Assembly (NCBI GenBank): GCA_026709025.1
Contig: JAPOTT010000010.1
Span: 20,658-84,657, forward strand
Origin: a bacterium
GTDB lineage: Bacteria > Actinomycetota > Acidimicrobiia > Acidimicrobiales > Bin134
DNA: 64,000 nt
Reading direction: 5' to 3'
Shown: one piece after another, positions 17,443 through 27,296 of the stretch
How the letters are laid out: each line of letters opens with the position of its first letter
How positions within the stretch are numbered: the first letter of the stretch is position 1
Notes under the pieces: generated by a model
Told to the model about the DNA's origin: nothing
Databases searched by the model: none
What the model saw: only the letters and a program-made list of their open reading frames with translations
Program-made: the position numbers and the translations under genes

Positions 17443-18393
17443 ATGAGTGAGCTACCACCCGATGCCGCAGCTACGGGCGCAGATGAGCCGGTGGTGGCTG
17501 CCATAGACTGTGGCACCAACTCCACCCGCTTGCTGGTGAGCTGTGGTGGAACCCAAACCCTAGAGCGGCTGATGACAATAACCCGGCTAGGTGAGGGGGT
17601 AGACAGCACTGGCAACTTGTCTGCAGCAGCCATCAAGCGCACGGTGGCATGCCTAGAACACTACCGAAGCGTGATGGACAGCTATGGAGTTGGCGCAGTG
17701 CGAATAACCGCCACCTCTGCTGCAAGGGACGCAGCCAACCGCCAAGTGTTCTTTGATGCGGCCACCCAAGCTGTAGGGGTATCACCAGAGCTGCTAAGTG
17801 GCCTAGAGGAGGCTCAGCTTTCATTTAGGGGTGCTACTGCGGAGCTAGACCCCGCACAGGGGCCGTTTTTGGTGGTAGACCTTGGCGGTGGATCAACCGA
17901 GCTGTGTGTGGGCATCACAGATTGTGAGGTTGCCATGTCGCTAGATATTGGCTGTGTACGGCTAACCGAAAAGTACCTTCACCAAGACCCGCCCTTGCCC
18001 GAGGAACTGCATGCTTGTTTGTCGGTTGCCGGCGCTCATCTAGATGATGTGGATAGGGAGATGCCTCAGGTTCGAAACGCTCGTACTTTCGTGGGGTTAG
18101 CTGGCACCATCTCCACCGCAGCAGCAGTAGAACAAGGCTTGAACGAATATGAGCGAGACAAGGTGCATCACTTTCGCCTCACCAAGCAGGCTGCTGAGGA
18201 TGTGTTCCGAACCCTAGCCACCGAGAGTCGAGCCGATCGGGCTTGCAACCCTGGCCTTGATGCGGGACGGGTGGATGTGATCGTGGGCGGTATGGCTATT
18301 TTGGTTAAGATCATGCGCCATTTTGATTTTGATTCTTGCCTTGTATCGGAGTCAGACATTTTAGACGGGCTTGTGGCTAGTCTCGTTGAGTAG
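17443..18393 (+). CDS. ppx: Ppx/GppA family exopolyphosphatase
   Basis: 'VAAIDCGTNSTRLLV', 'VVDLGGGSTEL' and 'GLAGTIST' are ASKHA phosphatase motifs. Confidence 0.85.
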   Translation: MSELPPDAAATGADEPVVAAIDCGTNSTRLLVSCGGTQTLERLMTITRLGEGVDSTGNLSAAAIKRTVACLEHYRSVMDSYGVGAVRITATSAARDAANRQVFFDAATQAVGVSPELLSGLEEAQLSFRGATAELDPAQGPFLVVDLGGGSTELCVGITDCEVAMSLDIGCVRLTEKYLHQDPPLPEELHACLSVAGAHLDDVDREMPQVRNARTFVGLAGTISTAAAVEQGLNEYERDKVHHFRLTKQAAEDVFRTLATESRADRACNPGLDAGRVDVIVGGMAILVKIMRHFDFDSCLVSESDILDGLVASLVE

Positions 18394-18444
18394 GTTCATT
18401 CAGTCGACTCATTCAGTGGGTTAATTTAGTAGGTTATATGGCTG

Positions 18445-19071
18445 GTGCGTACTTGGTCGCGGTTTCGGAACTCTCCTAAGCGCAGTGTTCTGCGGGGTGC
18501 TCGCTTGGAGCTAAGGCCCTTAGCTGAGGCCGATTTTTTGGAGTGGCAGGCAGTTCGCAGGGCTAACCATGATTGGCTTCTCCCCTGGGAGCTGTTGGCA
18601 TCGCCACAACAGCCAGACATTGTTGAGGATCGTCTTGCTTTTGCCAACCAGTGCAGTGCCCGCGATCGCGAGCGTGACATGGATACCGGATACGGGTTCG
18701 GGGTGTTTGTGGATCACAAGTTGGTGGGGGAGATGAACATTTCGAGCGTGCAACGCGGCCCATTTCAAACCGGACATGTGGGCTATTGGATAGATCAACG
18801 CTTTGCGGGACGCGGGTACGCACCAGAAGCGTTGGTGTTGATCTTAGATTTTGCTTTTGAAGCCTTGGAGTTGCACCGTATGCAGGTGAGCATAATCCCC
18901 CGCAATCACGCCAGTCGTAGGGTGGTGGAAAAGCTTGGTTTGCGTAACGAGGGAGTAGCGTTGCGCTACTTGGAGATAAATGGCCGCTGGGAGGATCATG
19001 TGCGCTATGCCATCACCTATGAGGAATGGCGGGTACGTGGCCCAGAACTACAAGCAAGCTGGATCGCCTAG
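18445..19071 (+). CDS. GNAT family N-acetyltransferase (RimJ/RimL-like)
   Basis: 'LELRPLAEADF', 'HVGYWIDQRFAGRGYAPEAL' and 'LHRMQVSIIPRNHASRRVVEKLGLRNEG' are typical of the RimJ-like acetyltransferase core. Confidence 0.8.
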   Translation: MRTWSRFRNSPKRSVLRGARLELRPLAEADFLEWQAVRRANHDWLLPWELLASPQQPDIVEDRLAFANQCSARDRERDMDTGYGFGVFVDHKLVGEMNISSVQRGPFQTGHVGYWIDQRFAGRGYAPEALVLILDFAFEALELHRMQVSIIPRNHASRRVVEKLGLRNEGVALRYLEINGRWEDHVRYAITYEEWRVRGPELQASWIA

Positions 19072-19101
19072 CATCAGCTATTTTGTTTGGTTTAGAGCCA
19101 A

Positions 19102-19860
19102 CTATTTGGATTTCGTGATGGCCTGTTTGAGGGATTGTATCTTTTCGTTGAAGATTGGTTGGTTGATCGACCAAACCTGAGGTTCTAGTTCTCGGGCTAC
19201 TGCTTCTTGGCTGTTGGTTACATCGGCCATGTCTGTAATGGTTTGTTTCATGGCCATCGTGAGGGTTCGCGGTGCGCGTGCAGTGCGGTTGGCCAAACGT
19301 TGGGCCTCGCTAAGCAGTGCCTCATCTTCTACGCACTTCCAAGCTAAGCCGATTTGGGCGGCCCGGTGGCCATCTAAGCGTTCTCCGAAAACCACCATAG
19401 CCATAGCGGTTTGGCGGTTGCAGATGTTGCGAAGTCGCCAAGTGTGGCCTCCTCCCGGGTGGGCTGCAATCTGTAGGAAGCGACTTTCAAACATGGCGCT
19501 GTGTCCGGCCAAGATCAGATCGCAGGCCAAGGCGAAGTTCATGCCCGCGCCAACCGCAGCCCCGTTCACCGCAGCTATGGTGGGCAGCGGGCTGTGTGCC
19601 ACCCGCAAAAACCCCGAGTAGATGGCACTGAGGCTTTCTGGGGTATTGGCAGCTAGCAGCTCGTCTAAGTTAGCTCCAGCAGAAAACGCTGGAGCAGCAC
19701 CGGTTAGTACCACTGCAGCAACGCTGGTGTCGTTTTCTAGCCGATCCCATGTTTTGTTGAGTTGCTGGTTCATCTGCAGGCTCACAGCGTTACGCACCTC
19801 AGGAGCGTTGAGGGTTACCGTAGCCACCCCGTTTTGTGTTTCGCATAGCACTAGTGTCAT
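19102..19860 (-). CDS. enoyl-CoA hydratase/isomerase (crotonase) family protein
   Basis: 'VVLTGAAPAFSAGANLDEL' and 'IAAVNGAAVGAGMNFALACD' are crotonase oxyanion-hole motifs. Confidence 0.85.
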   Translation of the reverse strand: MTLVLCETQNGVATVTLNAPEVRNAVSLQMNQQLNKTWDRLENDTSVAAVVLTGAAPAFSAGANLDELLAANTPESLSAIYSGFLRVAHSPLPTIAAVNGAAVGAGMNFALACDLILAGHSAMFESRFLQIAAHPGGGHTWRLRNICNRQTAMAMVVFGERLDGHRAAQIGLAWKCVEDEALLSEAQRLANRTARAPRTLTMAMKQTITDMADVTNSQEAVARELEPQVWSINQPIFNEKIQSLKQAITKSK

Positions 19861-20000
19861 GTTGTGAGCTTAGTAGTGGTGTGTGGTGGGTTTGGTTGCG
19901 CGTGTTTTGTCAGGCATCGATGCCTTGTGCTGTGTTGGCTATGGGTGTGCAGGAATTGGTCGTATGGTAATTCTGTGAAGTGTCCCCTAAGCTAGTGGCC

Positions 20001-20402
20001 ATGTTGCTAACAGAAATAGATCATGTTGCCATTGCTGTTTTCGACCTAGAAGCCGCAGTGTCGTTTTATGAGACTGCGTTTGGTGCAACCGTAGAACACC
20101 GTGAGGTGGTAGACAGCGACGGGGTGGAAGAGGCTCTGCTAAAGGTGGCCGACTCATATATTCAGCTCACTGCTGCTACCCATGATGAATCGCCTATTGC
20201 TAAGTATTTAGCAAAACGAGGCGAAGGCATACATCACGTGGGCTATCGGGTGGACGACTGCGCTGTGGCCCTACAATCCATGGTGGCCGCAGGTGCTAAG
20301 CCAATTGATGAAGCCCCCCGCCCTGGTTCGCGTGGCACCACCGTAGCCTTCGTACACCCCAAAGGTGCCTTCGGCACCCTAATTGAGCTAGTCCAAGAGT
20401 AG
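20001..20402 (+). CDS. mce: methylmalonyl-CoA epimerase (VOC superfamily)
   Basis: 'IDHVAIAVFDLEAAVSFYETAFG...EGIHHVGYRVDD...GTLIELVQE' matches the epimerase pattern. ATG 20001 is preferred over the track start at 19980. Confidence 0.8.
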   Translation: MLLTEIDHVAIAVFDLEAAVSFYETAFGATVEHREVVDSDGVEEALLKVADSYIQLTAATHDESPIAKYLAKRGEGIHHVGYRVDDCAVALQSMVAAGAKPIDEAPRPGSRGTTVAFVHPKGAFGTLIELVQE

Positions 20403-20504
20403 CGCTTTTTCTAAGTGTCACACCCCTCGTGTAACTTGTCCGACCATGACTGACGAACTTCATAGTCGGAGAGATTATTCCTGTGAGCCGGGTGTAACAG
20501 CGCG

Positions 20505-20891
20505 ATGAGCGGAGATCCCTGGGGCGATACGGAAAACGATCTTTTTGCCGGTGGCGCAATCTCAGATAATCCCCTAGCGGGTGCGCGCACTGCACCGCAG
20601 CGCTGGTGGCAGCAGCGGCAGGGGATTTTGGCTCTTGCAGCCAGCTTGGTCTCGGTGGTGGCACTGGTGGTGGTACTGGCTGGTATAGACGGCTACGTCA
20701 TGGTTGGTGTTGCAGCGGGGGGCTATTTGCTGGCGGTTCTGGCTGATGTTGAGGCACGTAGGGTGCGCTACAACAACAAGAACTATGTAAGGCCGAAGTT
20801 CATGGGCATACCGTTGTTGCGGGTGGTTACGTTCGCTTTGGCGGTATGGGTGGCATGGCTGGTGGCTTCGTCTTTGGCAGGTACCACATGA
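20505..20891 (+). CDS. small 3-TM membrane protein with N-terminal DPWGD motif; first gene of the tubulin-like/vWA operon
   Basis: 128 aa opening 'MSGDPWGDTENDLF', followed by three hydrophobic segments. The TGA stop overlaps ATG 20888 of the next gene (ATGA). Confidence 0.6.
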   Translation: MSGDPWGDTENDLFAGGAISDNPLAGARTAPQRWWQQRQGILALAASLVSVVALVVVLAGIDGYVMVGVAAGGYLLAVLADVEARRVRYNNKNYVRPKFMGIPLLRVVTFALAVWVAWLVASSLAGTT

Positions 20892-23800
20892 GGCGACTTT
20901 TTTGTGTAGCTGCGCTATCGGCCCTTATGGTTGGCTTGGTGATCTCTCTGGCTTCGCCTGTGCAGCGCACGGCTTTAGCCGACACTGGGGTAGAAGTGAC
21001 CGATAAGTGCAGGCTGTCGTCAGACGAACTACGTATTAACGTTCTCGTGTTGTTGGATGCCTCCAAGAGCTTGGTGCGAACTGATCCGCAAAATGCTCGG
21101 CGTGATGGCCTTGAAGCTGCCGTGAGGAACCTGGCTGATTTGGCTGAGAGCAGTCCAGATGTAGGTATATACGTGGCTGTAGATACCTTTGCCACTAGAT
21201 ATGAGCGCCGCCACGGTTGGTTAGACGCGGCGGGCACCAAACAAGCATTGCAGGGTAGCTATGCGAGCATCACCGCGCTGCCCGGCGCGGGTGTCCGTAC
21301 CTTAACGGACTATCGCCAAGCCATGCAGGGTGCTGCTGAGCGGTTCGGTAGCGCTGAGGGCAGTTGCAACCTTTTGTTGTGGTTCACAGATGGTGAGCAT
21401 GCAACATGGGGAACCAGTTCTGATGTGTCTGAAGCAGAATGGGAGGAGCTCAGGGAATTGTGCATGTCTTCGGATATGGCACAACTTGCCGAGCAAGGAA
21501 TATGGACTTTGGCCGTGCTCTTGGACTCGGATTCTTCGCCTGTTAGCGCTGATCCCTTGCGGCAGCTGTTTGGAGAAGGCAGCACTTCTTGTCGCCATGC
21601 GCTAAACGGAGACATTCGTTCAGACATCAGCGCCGCGGATCTGAGCAACGCTTTAGGTGAGCTGACCGCCGAAATCGTTTGGGAGTCGGAGACACAGGCC
21701 AACACCGCAGACGACCTACCCAACGAAATTGACGGCCCTCCTGCTAAAGAAGATTACCAACCCTGTTCGGGTGGCGATGCAACCGTTGAGCGGCCGTGTG
21801 AGTACCAATTCAGATTGGATAACGAGATAGACAGTTTCAGGGTGTTTGTAGATATGACCTATCTCAACCAAAACATTAATAACCCTGAGGCCATAAACAT
21901 GGTCTTGCGGGCACCATCAGGGCAGATGAGCGAGCCAATACTGTCTGCGGGCACTGCTGGCACCGCTGAAGCAATCCGCTACAGCCCCGTTTTGCCGTTT
22001 TGGTTTTTGTCGCACAGGCCCTACGACAGCCGTTGGGAGATCATCGGCCATCAGGCTGCTAGCCAGCTTGCATCGGAAACAGGCTGGGAGTGGGATGGGG
22101 ACTGGAGCTTGTTGTTTTGGGGGGAAACCCCCGAGGCGGTTAGTGATGCTCGCAAGGTTGCAGCAGCATTTAGGGATGTAAACTCTGTTGCTCCCTCAGC
22201 GGATATGTCTGTTAGCTCAGAGGATCTGGTTGGGTACATTGCGAATTTTCCCCAAGAGTACGCTTCAGCTGAGCTGCGCTTGAGGCTAGATGACAGCAAT
22301 GCCAACCCTGTTTATCCAACCCGGCCATACCTGCGCTGTCAGCAGGTGCAGTGTGATCCTTTACTAGTGAGTGCTGCCGATGAGGGCCGCCGTTTCGGCG
22401 TTTCAGAGGTGTACGAAGAGATTTTCTGGTGGGACAGTGCCACAGCTGGAGGTAATGAGTCGGCGCGTGATGCAGCGCGCGCCGGGGGTGGGCCGGTGGT
22501 GGCGGTAGCTGTGTTGGAACAGGAGTTTTTCTATGGGGGTGCTGATGGCTATGGCCCAGAAGGCCAACAGGGTCAGCCGCTGAGCTGGGTGAGAGACATC
22601 GGGCAGGTCGAGTTAGATCTCCAAGGCCCTATCGCAGATGCCGCAGGGATTTCAGATGCTAAAGATAAGTGGGAAGCGCTACAAGACGATGTGGAGCAGT
22701 TGCAATCTGGGCAGATAGCCCTGCTTGCAGGTGGTTTGGAGTTACACGAACCCCCTTACGATACCGATGAGAACCGGGTTGTTTTTCGAGTGCGGGTTGA
22801 ACCCGGCTATTTCCCTTCCATAATCACCCTGTCAGGTGCAAGGCTGCGGAGCGAGGGGGAGCGGGAGTTTGCGGGGATGCCTCGATATGACCGTGCTTGG
22901 CTGTGTTCGGTTTCTGGTACTTGGGATGAGTCAAGCGAACCAAGCCAACCGGCAGATTGCAGGGCGATCAGTATGGACTTGGGATTGTCTGAGGATTCTA
23001 CAGTTCTGGTGGAGATAGATTTTGGCATCGCCTTGGATGGAGATTGGCAAGAGTTGGAACAACAAATGCGCTCTAGCATTGGCTACTCGGGTACATGGGA
23101 TGAATGGAGCCCGCCACCCGAGGAGTGGGCTGAGTTGTGGGAGGCAATTCGTTCTGTTGCATCACCGCAGAAGATGGAATCTGTTCAGTCGCAGCCGTTT
23201 GATGTGGATTTGCCCACCACAGGCGACAAGCTGAGCAAGTTCTGGCCCATCTTGTTTGGTTTGGTGGGGCTCGCGTTGTTGCTAAGGGCGCTTGCTGCTT
23301 GGCGATTGCGCCCGTGGGCTCCATTGTCATCGCCTGATTACATTGTTAGGTATTTCAACTCTAGCGATGAGCAACTGCTGGATTCTGTCTCAGTTACAGA
23401 ACCTGGGCGTGAGCTTTGTATGGACCTCAACAGGCGTTCGGCTTCGGCACAAGTTGGCGGGGTGCTGTTGTTTTCAATGTGGAAGCCTTTGTTGTTGGGC
23501 GGCCCTCCGCGGCTGGCAGCGAAGTCATCGGGTAGCCGTTGCATGGGCGCTTCGGGTGCTATGCGAACTCGTCGTCAAGCTAGAAGAAACGAAGGGACTG
23601 GCTTAGGTGGTCATGGCCTAGAAGATGGCTGGATGGTGGAGATTTCGGCCACTGGAGATCGGCTCATCGTGTGGGATTTGCCCAACGATGAATTAGAGGC
23701 CCGCGAGCGTTTGTTGAAGGCGGAAGGTGAGGCTAACTATCAAATGGAGCAACTAGCCGCAGAAGCGTCGGCACAGGATTCCGCAGCAGGCCCGAACGTT

Positions 23801-23905
23801 GCCGATGCCACTCCCAAAGCATCTGGTGGTACTACAGCAGCTGGTGGTGCTGCTGTAGATCCGTTTGGCGATACGACCCGCTCCGACCCCTTTGGTGACT
23901 TATAG
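20888..23905 (+). CDS. signal-peptide vWA/MIDAS protein with a large extracytoplasmic region, one C-terminal TM helix and a cytoplasmic tail ending in two DPFGD motifs
   Basis: Signal-like 'MRRLFCVAALSALMVGLVISLASP'. MIDAS residues are 'LLDASKS' (DxSxS, nt 21056-21070), 'TLTDY' and 'WFTDGEH'. The TM helix is 'FWPILFGLVGLALLLRALAAW' and the tail ends 'VDPFGDTTRSDPFGDL'. ATG 20888 is preferred because of the ATGA coupling; the track start is 20846. Confidence 0.7.
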   Translation: MRRLFCVAALSALMVGLVISLASPVQRTALADTGVEVTDKCRLSSDELRINVLVLLDASKSLVRTDPQNARRDGLEAAVRNLADLAESSPDVGIYVAVDTFATRYERRHGWLDAAGTKQALQGSYASITALPGAGVRTLTDYRQAMQGAAERFGSAEGSCNLLLWFTDGEHATWGTSSDVSEAEWEELRELCMSSDMAQLAEQGIWTLAVLLDSDSSPVSADPLRQLFGEGSTSCRHALNGDIRSDISAADLSNALGELTAEIVWESETQANTADDLPNEIDGPPAKEDYQPCSGGDATVERPCEYQFRLDNEIDSFRVFVDMTYLNQNINNPEAINMVLRAPSGQMSEPILSAGTAGTAEAIRYSPVLPFWFLSHRPYDSRWEIIGHQAASQLASETGWEWDGDWSLLFWGETPEAVSDARKVAAAFRDVNSVAPSADMSVSSEDLVGYIANFPQEYASAELRLRLDDSNANPVYPTRPYLRCQQVQCDPLLVSAADEGRRFGVSEVYEEIFWWDSATAGGNESARDAARAGGGPVVAVAVLEQEFFYGGADGYGPEGQQGQPLSWVRDIGQVELDLQGPIADAAGISDAKDKWEALQDDVEQLQSGQIALLAGGLELHEPPYDTDENRVVFRVRVEPGYFPSIITLSGARLRSEGEREFAGMPRYDRAWLCSVSGTWDESSEPSQPADCRAISMDLGLSEDSTVLVEIDFGIALDGDWQELEQQMRSSIGYSGTWDEWSPPPEEWAELWEAIRSVASPQKMESVQSQPFDVDLPTTGDKLSKFWPILFGLVGLALLLRALAAWRLRPWAPLSSPDYIVRYFNSSDEQLLDSVSVTEPGRELCMDLNRRSASAQVGGVLLFSMWKPLLLGGPPRLAAKSSGSRCMGASGAMRTRRQARRNEGTGLGGHGLEDGWMVEISATGDRLIVWDLPNDELEARERLLKAEGEANYQMEQLAAEASAQDSAAGPNVADATPKASGGTTAAGGAAVDPFGDTTRSDPFGDL

Positions 23906-23974
23906 AGGTGGTTGGCGTGAGTAGTCGTTTTATGAGAACAAACAAATCAGATATGAAAAGAAGGGTAGCTAGCA

Positions 23975-26900
23975 ATGCTTAGACCGGTGATTTTTATTGG
24001 CTGTGGTGGCTCTGGGGAGAAGGCCGTCCGCTACGTGCGGGATGCGGTACGGCGTCGGCTGGAGCACGCTGGATGGGAACGCGAGATGCCAGATGCGTGG
24101 CAGTTTATCGGCCTAGATACCTTAACTACCCAAGAGTCGCCCACCGAGATTCCCACCATTCCGGCACAGGACTTCCTAACGCTCTCTGCCGAACATGATT
24201 CCTACGATGCTCTACATCGTTCCTTGCTGGCTAGCCATAATGCCGAACAAGGGCACCCCGATTTGTTCTGTGGTTGGCTGCCGCAACCTGGGCAGGCACG
24301 TATTCCCCTAAAGGATGGGGCAGGTCAGAACCGGGCTATCGGTCGGGCTTCAGGTTTGCGATCCTTAGAGAGGGTGCTGCTCCCTCGTCTCAAGGTAGCA
24401 TTTGAGCGTTCCAAATCTGGTAACCAAGTTCTTTATGAGGTCGGCCAACGGTTGGGAGTTCAAGCTGAGTTGGGGTCTAATACTCCTGGGCCTTTGGTAG
24501 TGGTTTGTTCCTCTATGGCTGGTGGCACTGGTGCTGGTGTGGCGCTAGATGTGATTGATTTGGTGAGAAGATGCGATTCCCAAGGGGCACATCCAACGTT
24601 GGTTCTTTTTGCTAATGATATTTTTGATCAGGCAGGTGACAGCGACGCGATGGCGGCCAATTCTTTGGGATTGATGTCGGAGTTGCTGGCGGCTTATTGG
24701 TCTGAGCATGGTGAAATTGATTCGCCGCTTTCTTCCGGGAGTGTGCAGACACCGGGAGTAGGCCCACACTCGGTATTTATTGTGAGCAAGTACGGCTATA
24801 GCGGCGCAGATCTTGGAAACACTGTCGAGGTGTATCAAGCAGCTGGAGAGGCATTAGCTACCTGGGTGACCTCAGACATCGTGCAGGAGCAAATTCATAC
24901 CTTCATTAACGTCAACTGGCGTAACTCAGCCGGGGTTAATTTAGGCGGTTATCCCTTCGGCGAACGATATCAGTTCGGGGCTGTTTCATCTTTTGGGGCG
25001 GCTAAGGTCACTGTAGGCAGAGACCGCTTTTCTCATTGGGCCGAAGACAAACTGGGTCGGGCGGTGCTGGAGCAATTATTGCAAGGTCATCTGCGCTTTG
25101 GTAACAAAGAACACAGCGAAACCGAAGAAGAGCTAGTGAAGAGATTGGCTAACAATCACGCCGAACGGGTTCATAAGGCCTGGCAATTTGGTGCTGGAGC
25201 AGACGACGCAATACTTGGCTGTGTTGGCGCATCCGATCATTTTGCCCCCGCAGATGAAGTTCGTGCTATTGCAGCAGAGGTGGAAAAGAAGTTGCAGCAG
25301 CCTGCCGAGCAGCAGGCATCTGGTAAGCAATGGTATGACCGACTCAAAAGCATTGGAAGAGACCAAACAGATTTTGTTGAGCGCCAGGTCAACGCGGCTC
25401 AAGATAGCAAGTGGTATCAAGATATGGTAGATGCCACCTGTAAGGCAGCTTCAGAGGTGGCAGCGGTGTCTTCTCTTGCGGTAGCAGCGGCTGCTTTGGA
25501 GGTAGCGGCCAAGGAGCTGAACCCGGTTGAGATCAATCGGGTTCGCCAGACCGCCTCAAGTGCTGAGAGCAAGTATGAAGAGAGCGCCGCAAGAGGCTTG
25601 TCGAGCATCGAGACTGCCAGCGGGCAGATTAGCGGTTCAGATCAGCGGCTACGCGATGCGGTGAGCCAAATAGCCCGGGGAGTGGCTTATCGGTGGCAAT
25701 CACTGCGGTTGAACGCAGCGGCTGATGTTATGCAAAGCGCAGCCGATGAGGTTTTGGTGGTAATGGCTAACGCTTTGAGGGGGGCAGCAAAGCAGGTTGA
25801 GATTGCGCTTGGTGACGACGAGGTGCAGGTGTGGCCAAAAGAAGGTAGCGGTGTGTCGCAGCGGTATCTGCCATCTCAGGTGGAGTTTCCCTTAGAGAGC
25901 CACGGGGATTGGGAACAGATGCTAGCTGATCTATGTGCTGAGGCGAGCAACAAGAACGTTTCCTACGGTAGTAAGCACACAGATCCAGTTCGCTACCGCC
26001 TAGTGGCAGGAACACCGCTTAGCACTGCTGAGGAGCATATTTTGCCCTTAGTGTATCCTTCATCAACGGGGCAGTGGATTCCTGGGCATAGTGCCAATCT
26101 GGTTTGCAAAGCTAATAAGGAGGATATCCAAGAGCGGGTTCGTCAATGGACTCGTGCGTCGGGTGGTAGGTTTCAGCGGTTTGTGGGCGAGGGCCTAGCC
26201 GGTTACTTACAGGAGACCGATCCTAGCACAGAAGAGCGCAGGGTGGATCATGCGGATCGGTTAGAGCAGTTTCGTTTCCAGTTAGGAGCTGCCAAGACGC
26301 GGGCGCAGCCTCTGGTGAGCATTGATCAAGATCTGTATGCCGAAAGCTTCCGCGCGAAGATTGAGTTGCTCACGGTTTGTTCGCCGTTTCCATTTCCTGA
26401 GGGTCATCCAGCTGCTAAGGATGCAGAGAAGATTATTGGTGAAGACAAGTACACAACTGGGAACCAAGATACAGCTTCGGTGCTGGTATCGCAGTACATC
26501 GAGACTCCTCTGCATCCTCTGGCAGTACGGTCTTTTACTCGCCCAGTTATCGATGCTTTAAGCGAACATGCAACCTCAGAGCGTCGAGAAGGGCATTTTT
26601 GGAGGTGGCGCCGGGGTAGGCGCTTGGATGCGTTCGTGCCCATGCCGCGCGAAGTGCTTAAGGCAACTATCAGGGGTTTTGCGGTGGCCCGTCTGTGCGG
26701 GTACGTAACCGCTGCCATAGATCGTCAGGTTTTGATCACAGCTGCCCCCGATGTGGTGGCTTTCCCATGGCCATTGCTAAGCGGATTGAAAGACCCTAAT
26801 GACGTTCTCGCCAATCTCTTGGAGGGCTTTTCGCTCACATTTGGCATGGTTAGCAGAGACGGTTTTGCAGCTTATGAGCCATATCGAAGGTTACATGATT

Positions 26901-27241
26901 TGGGTGAGAGCTTAGGTAACGGTAGGCCGCAGCCAGATTTGGCAAAGGTCATATCTACGGGCAGCCCGATTTACCCCACGGTGGCTGATGAGAGTCCTAA
27001 GGCCTCTGGAGAGACCCAAGAGCAGCGCTTGGACAGCGCTCGCAGGTATCTGGCTGACAACATTGCCTGGTTTGAAGAACAAAAAACCAAACGAAGCAAG
27101 GAACTGCCCTGTCGGGGAACTGACGGAATCGCAGATGCAGGAGTCCCGACAATGGAACTGGCCGAGCTATACATAGAGTGCTACAGCGAGTTGAGAGAGC
27201 AGCAGCTTCACGGCGAGCAGCAAACAGGCAGCTTAGTATGA
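23975..27241 (+). CDS. 1088-aa FtsZ/tubulin-superfamily-like GTPase with a long unique C-terminal extension
   Basis: 'VIFIGCGGSGEKAV' vs FtsZ 'IKVIGVGGGGGNAV'. 'FIGLDT' vs 'FFAVNTD'. 'DGAGQNRAIGRA' (nt 24314-) vs 'GLGAGANPEVGR'. 'VVVCSSMAGGTGAGVALDVIDLV' (GGTGAG at nt 24521-24538) vs 'FIAAGMGGGTGTGAAPVVAEV'. No signal peptide or TM segment. Confidence 0.65.
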   Translation: MLRPVIFIGCGGSGEKAVRYVRDAVRRRLEHAGWEREMPDAWQFIGLDTLTTQESPTEIPTIPAQDFLTLSAEHDSYDALHRSLLASHNAEQGHPDLFCGWLPQPGQARIPLKDGAGQNRAIGRASGLRSLERVLLPRLKVAFERSKSGNQVLYEVGQRLGVQAELGSNTPGPLVVVCSSMAGGTGAGVALDVIDLVRRCDSQGAHPTLVLFANDIFDQAGDSDAMAANSLGLMSELLAAYWSEHGEIDSPLSSGSVQTPGVGPHSVFIVSKYGYSGADLGNTVEVYQAAGEALATWVTSDIVQEQIHTFINVNWRNSAGVNLGGYPFGERYQFGAVSSFGAAKVTVGRDRFSHWAEDKLGRAVLEQLLQGHLRFGNKEHSETEEELVKRLANNHAERVHKAWQFGAGADDAILGCVGASDHFAPADEVRAIAAEVEKKLQQPAEQQASGKQWYDRLKSIGRDQTDFVERQVNAAQDSKWYQDMVDATCKAASEVAAVSSLAVAAAALEVAAKELNPVEINRVRQTASSAESKYEESAARGLSSIETASGQISGSDQRLRDAVSQIARGVAYRWQSLRLNAAADVMQSAADEVLVVMANALRGAAKQVEIALGDDEVQVWPKEGSGVSQRYLPSQVEFPLESHGDWEQMLADLCAEASNKNVSYGSKHTDPVRYRLVAGTPLSTAEEHILPLVYPSSTGQWIPGHSANLVCKANKEDIQERVRQWTRASGGRFQRFVGEGLAGYLQETDPSTEERRVDHADRLEQFRFQLGAAKTRAQPLVSIDQDLYAESFRAKIELLTVCSPFPFPEGHPAAKDAEKIIGEDKYTTGNQDTASVLVSQYIETPLHPLAVRSFTRPVIDALSEHATSERREGHFWRWRRGRRLDAFVPMPREVLKATIRGFAVARLCGYVTAAIDRQVLITAAPDVVAFPWPLLSGLKDPNDVLANLLEGFSLTFGMVSRDGFAAYEPYRRLHDLGESLGNGRPQPDLAKVISTGSPIYPTVADESPKASGETQEQRLDSARRYLADNIAWFEEQKTKRSKELPCRGTDGIADAGVPTMELAELYIECYSELREQQLHGEQQTGSLV

Positions 27242-27296
27242 CCCACCGTGTTTGTGGTTTGTGTACTGCTGTTGGTGAGGTGAGGGAGCTGTCAGC

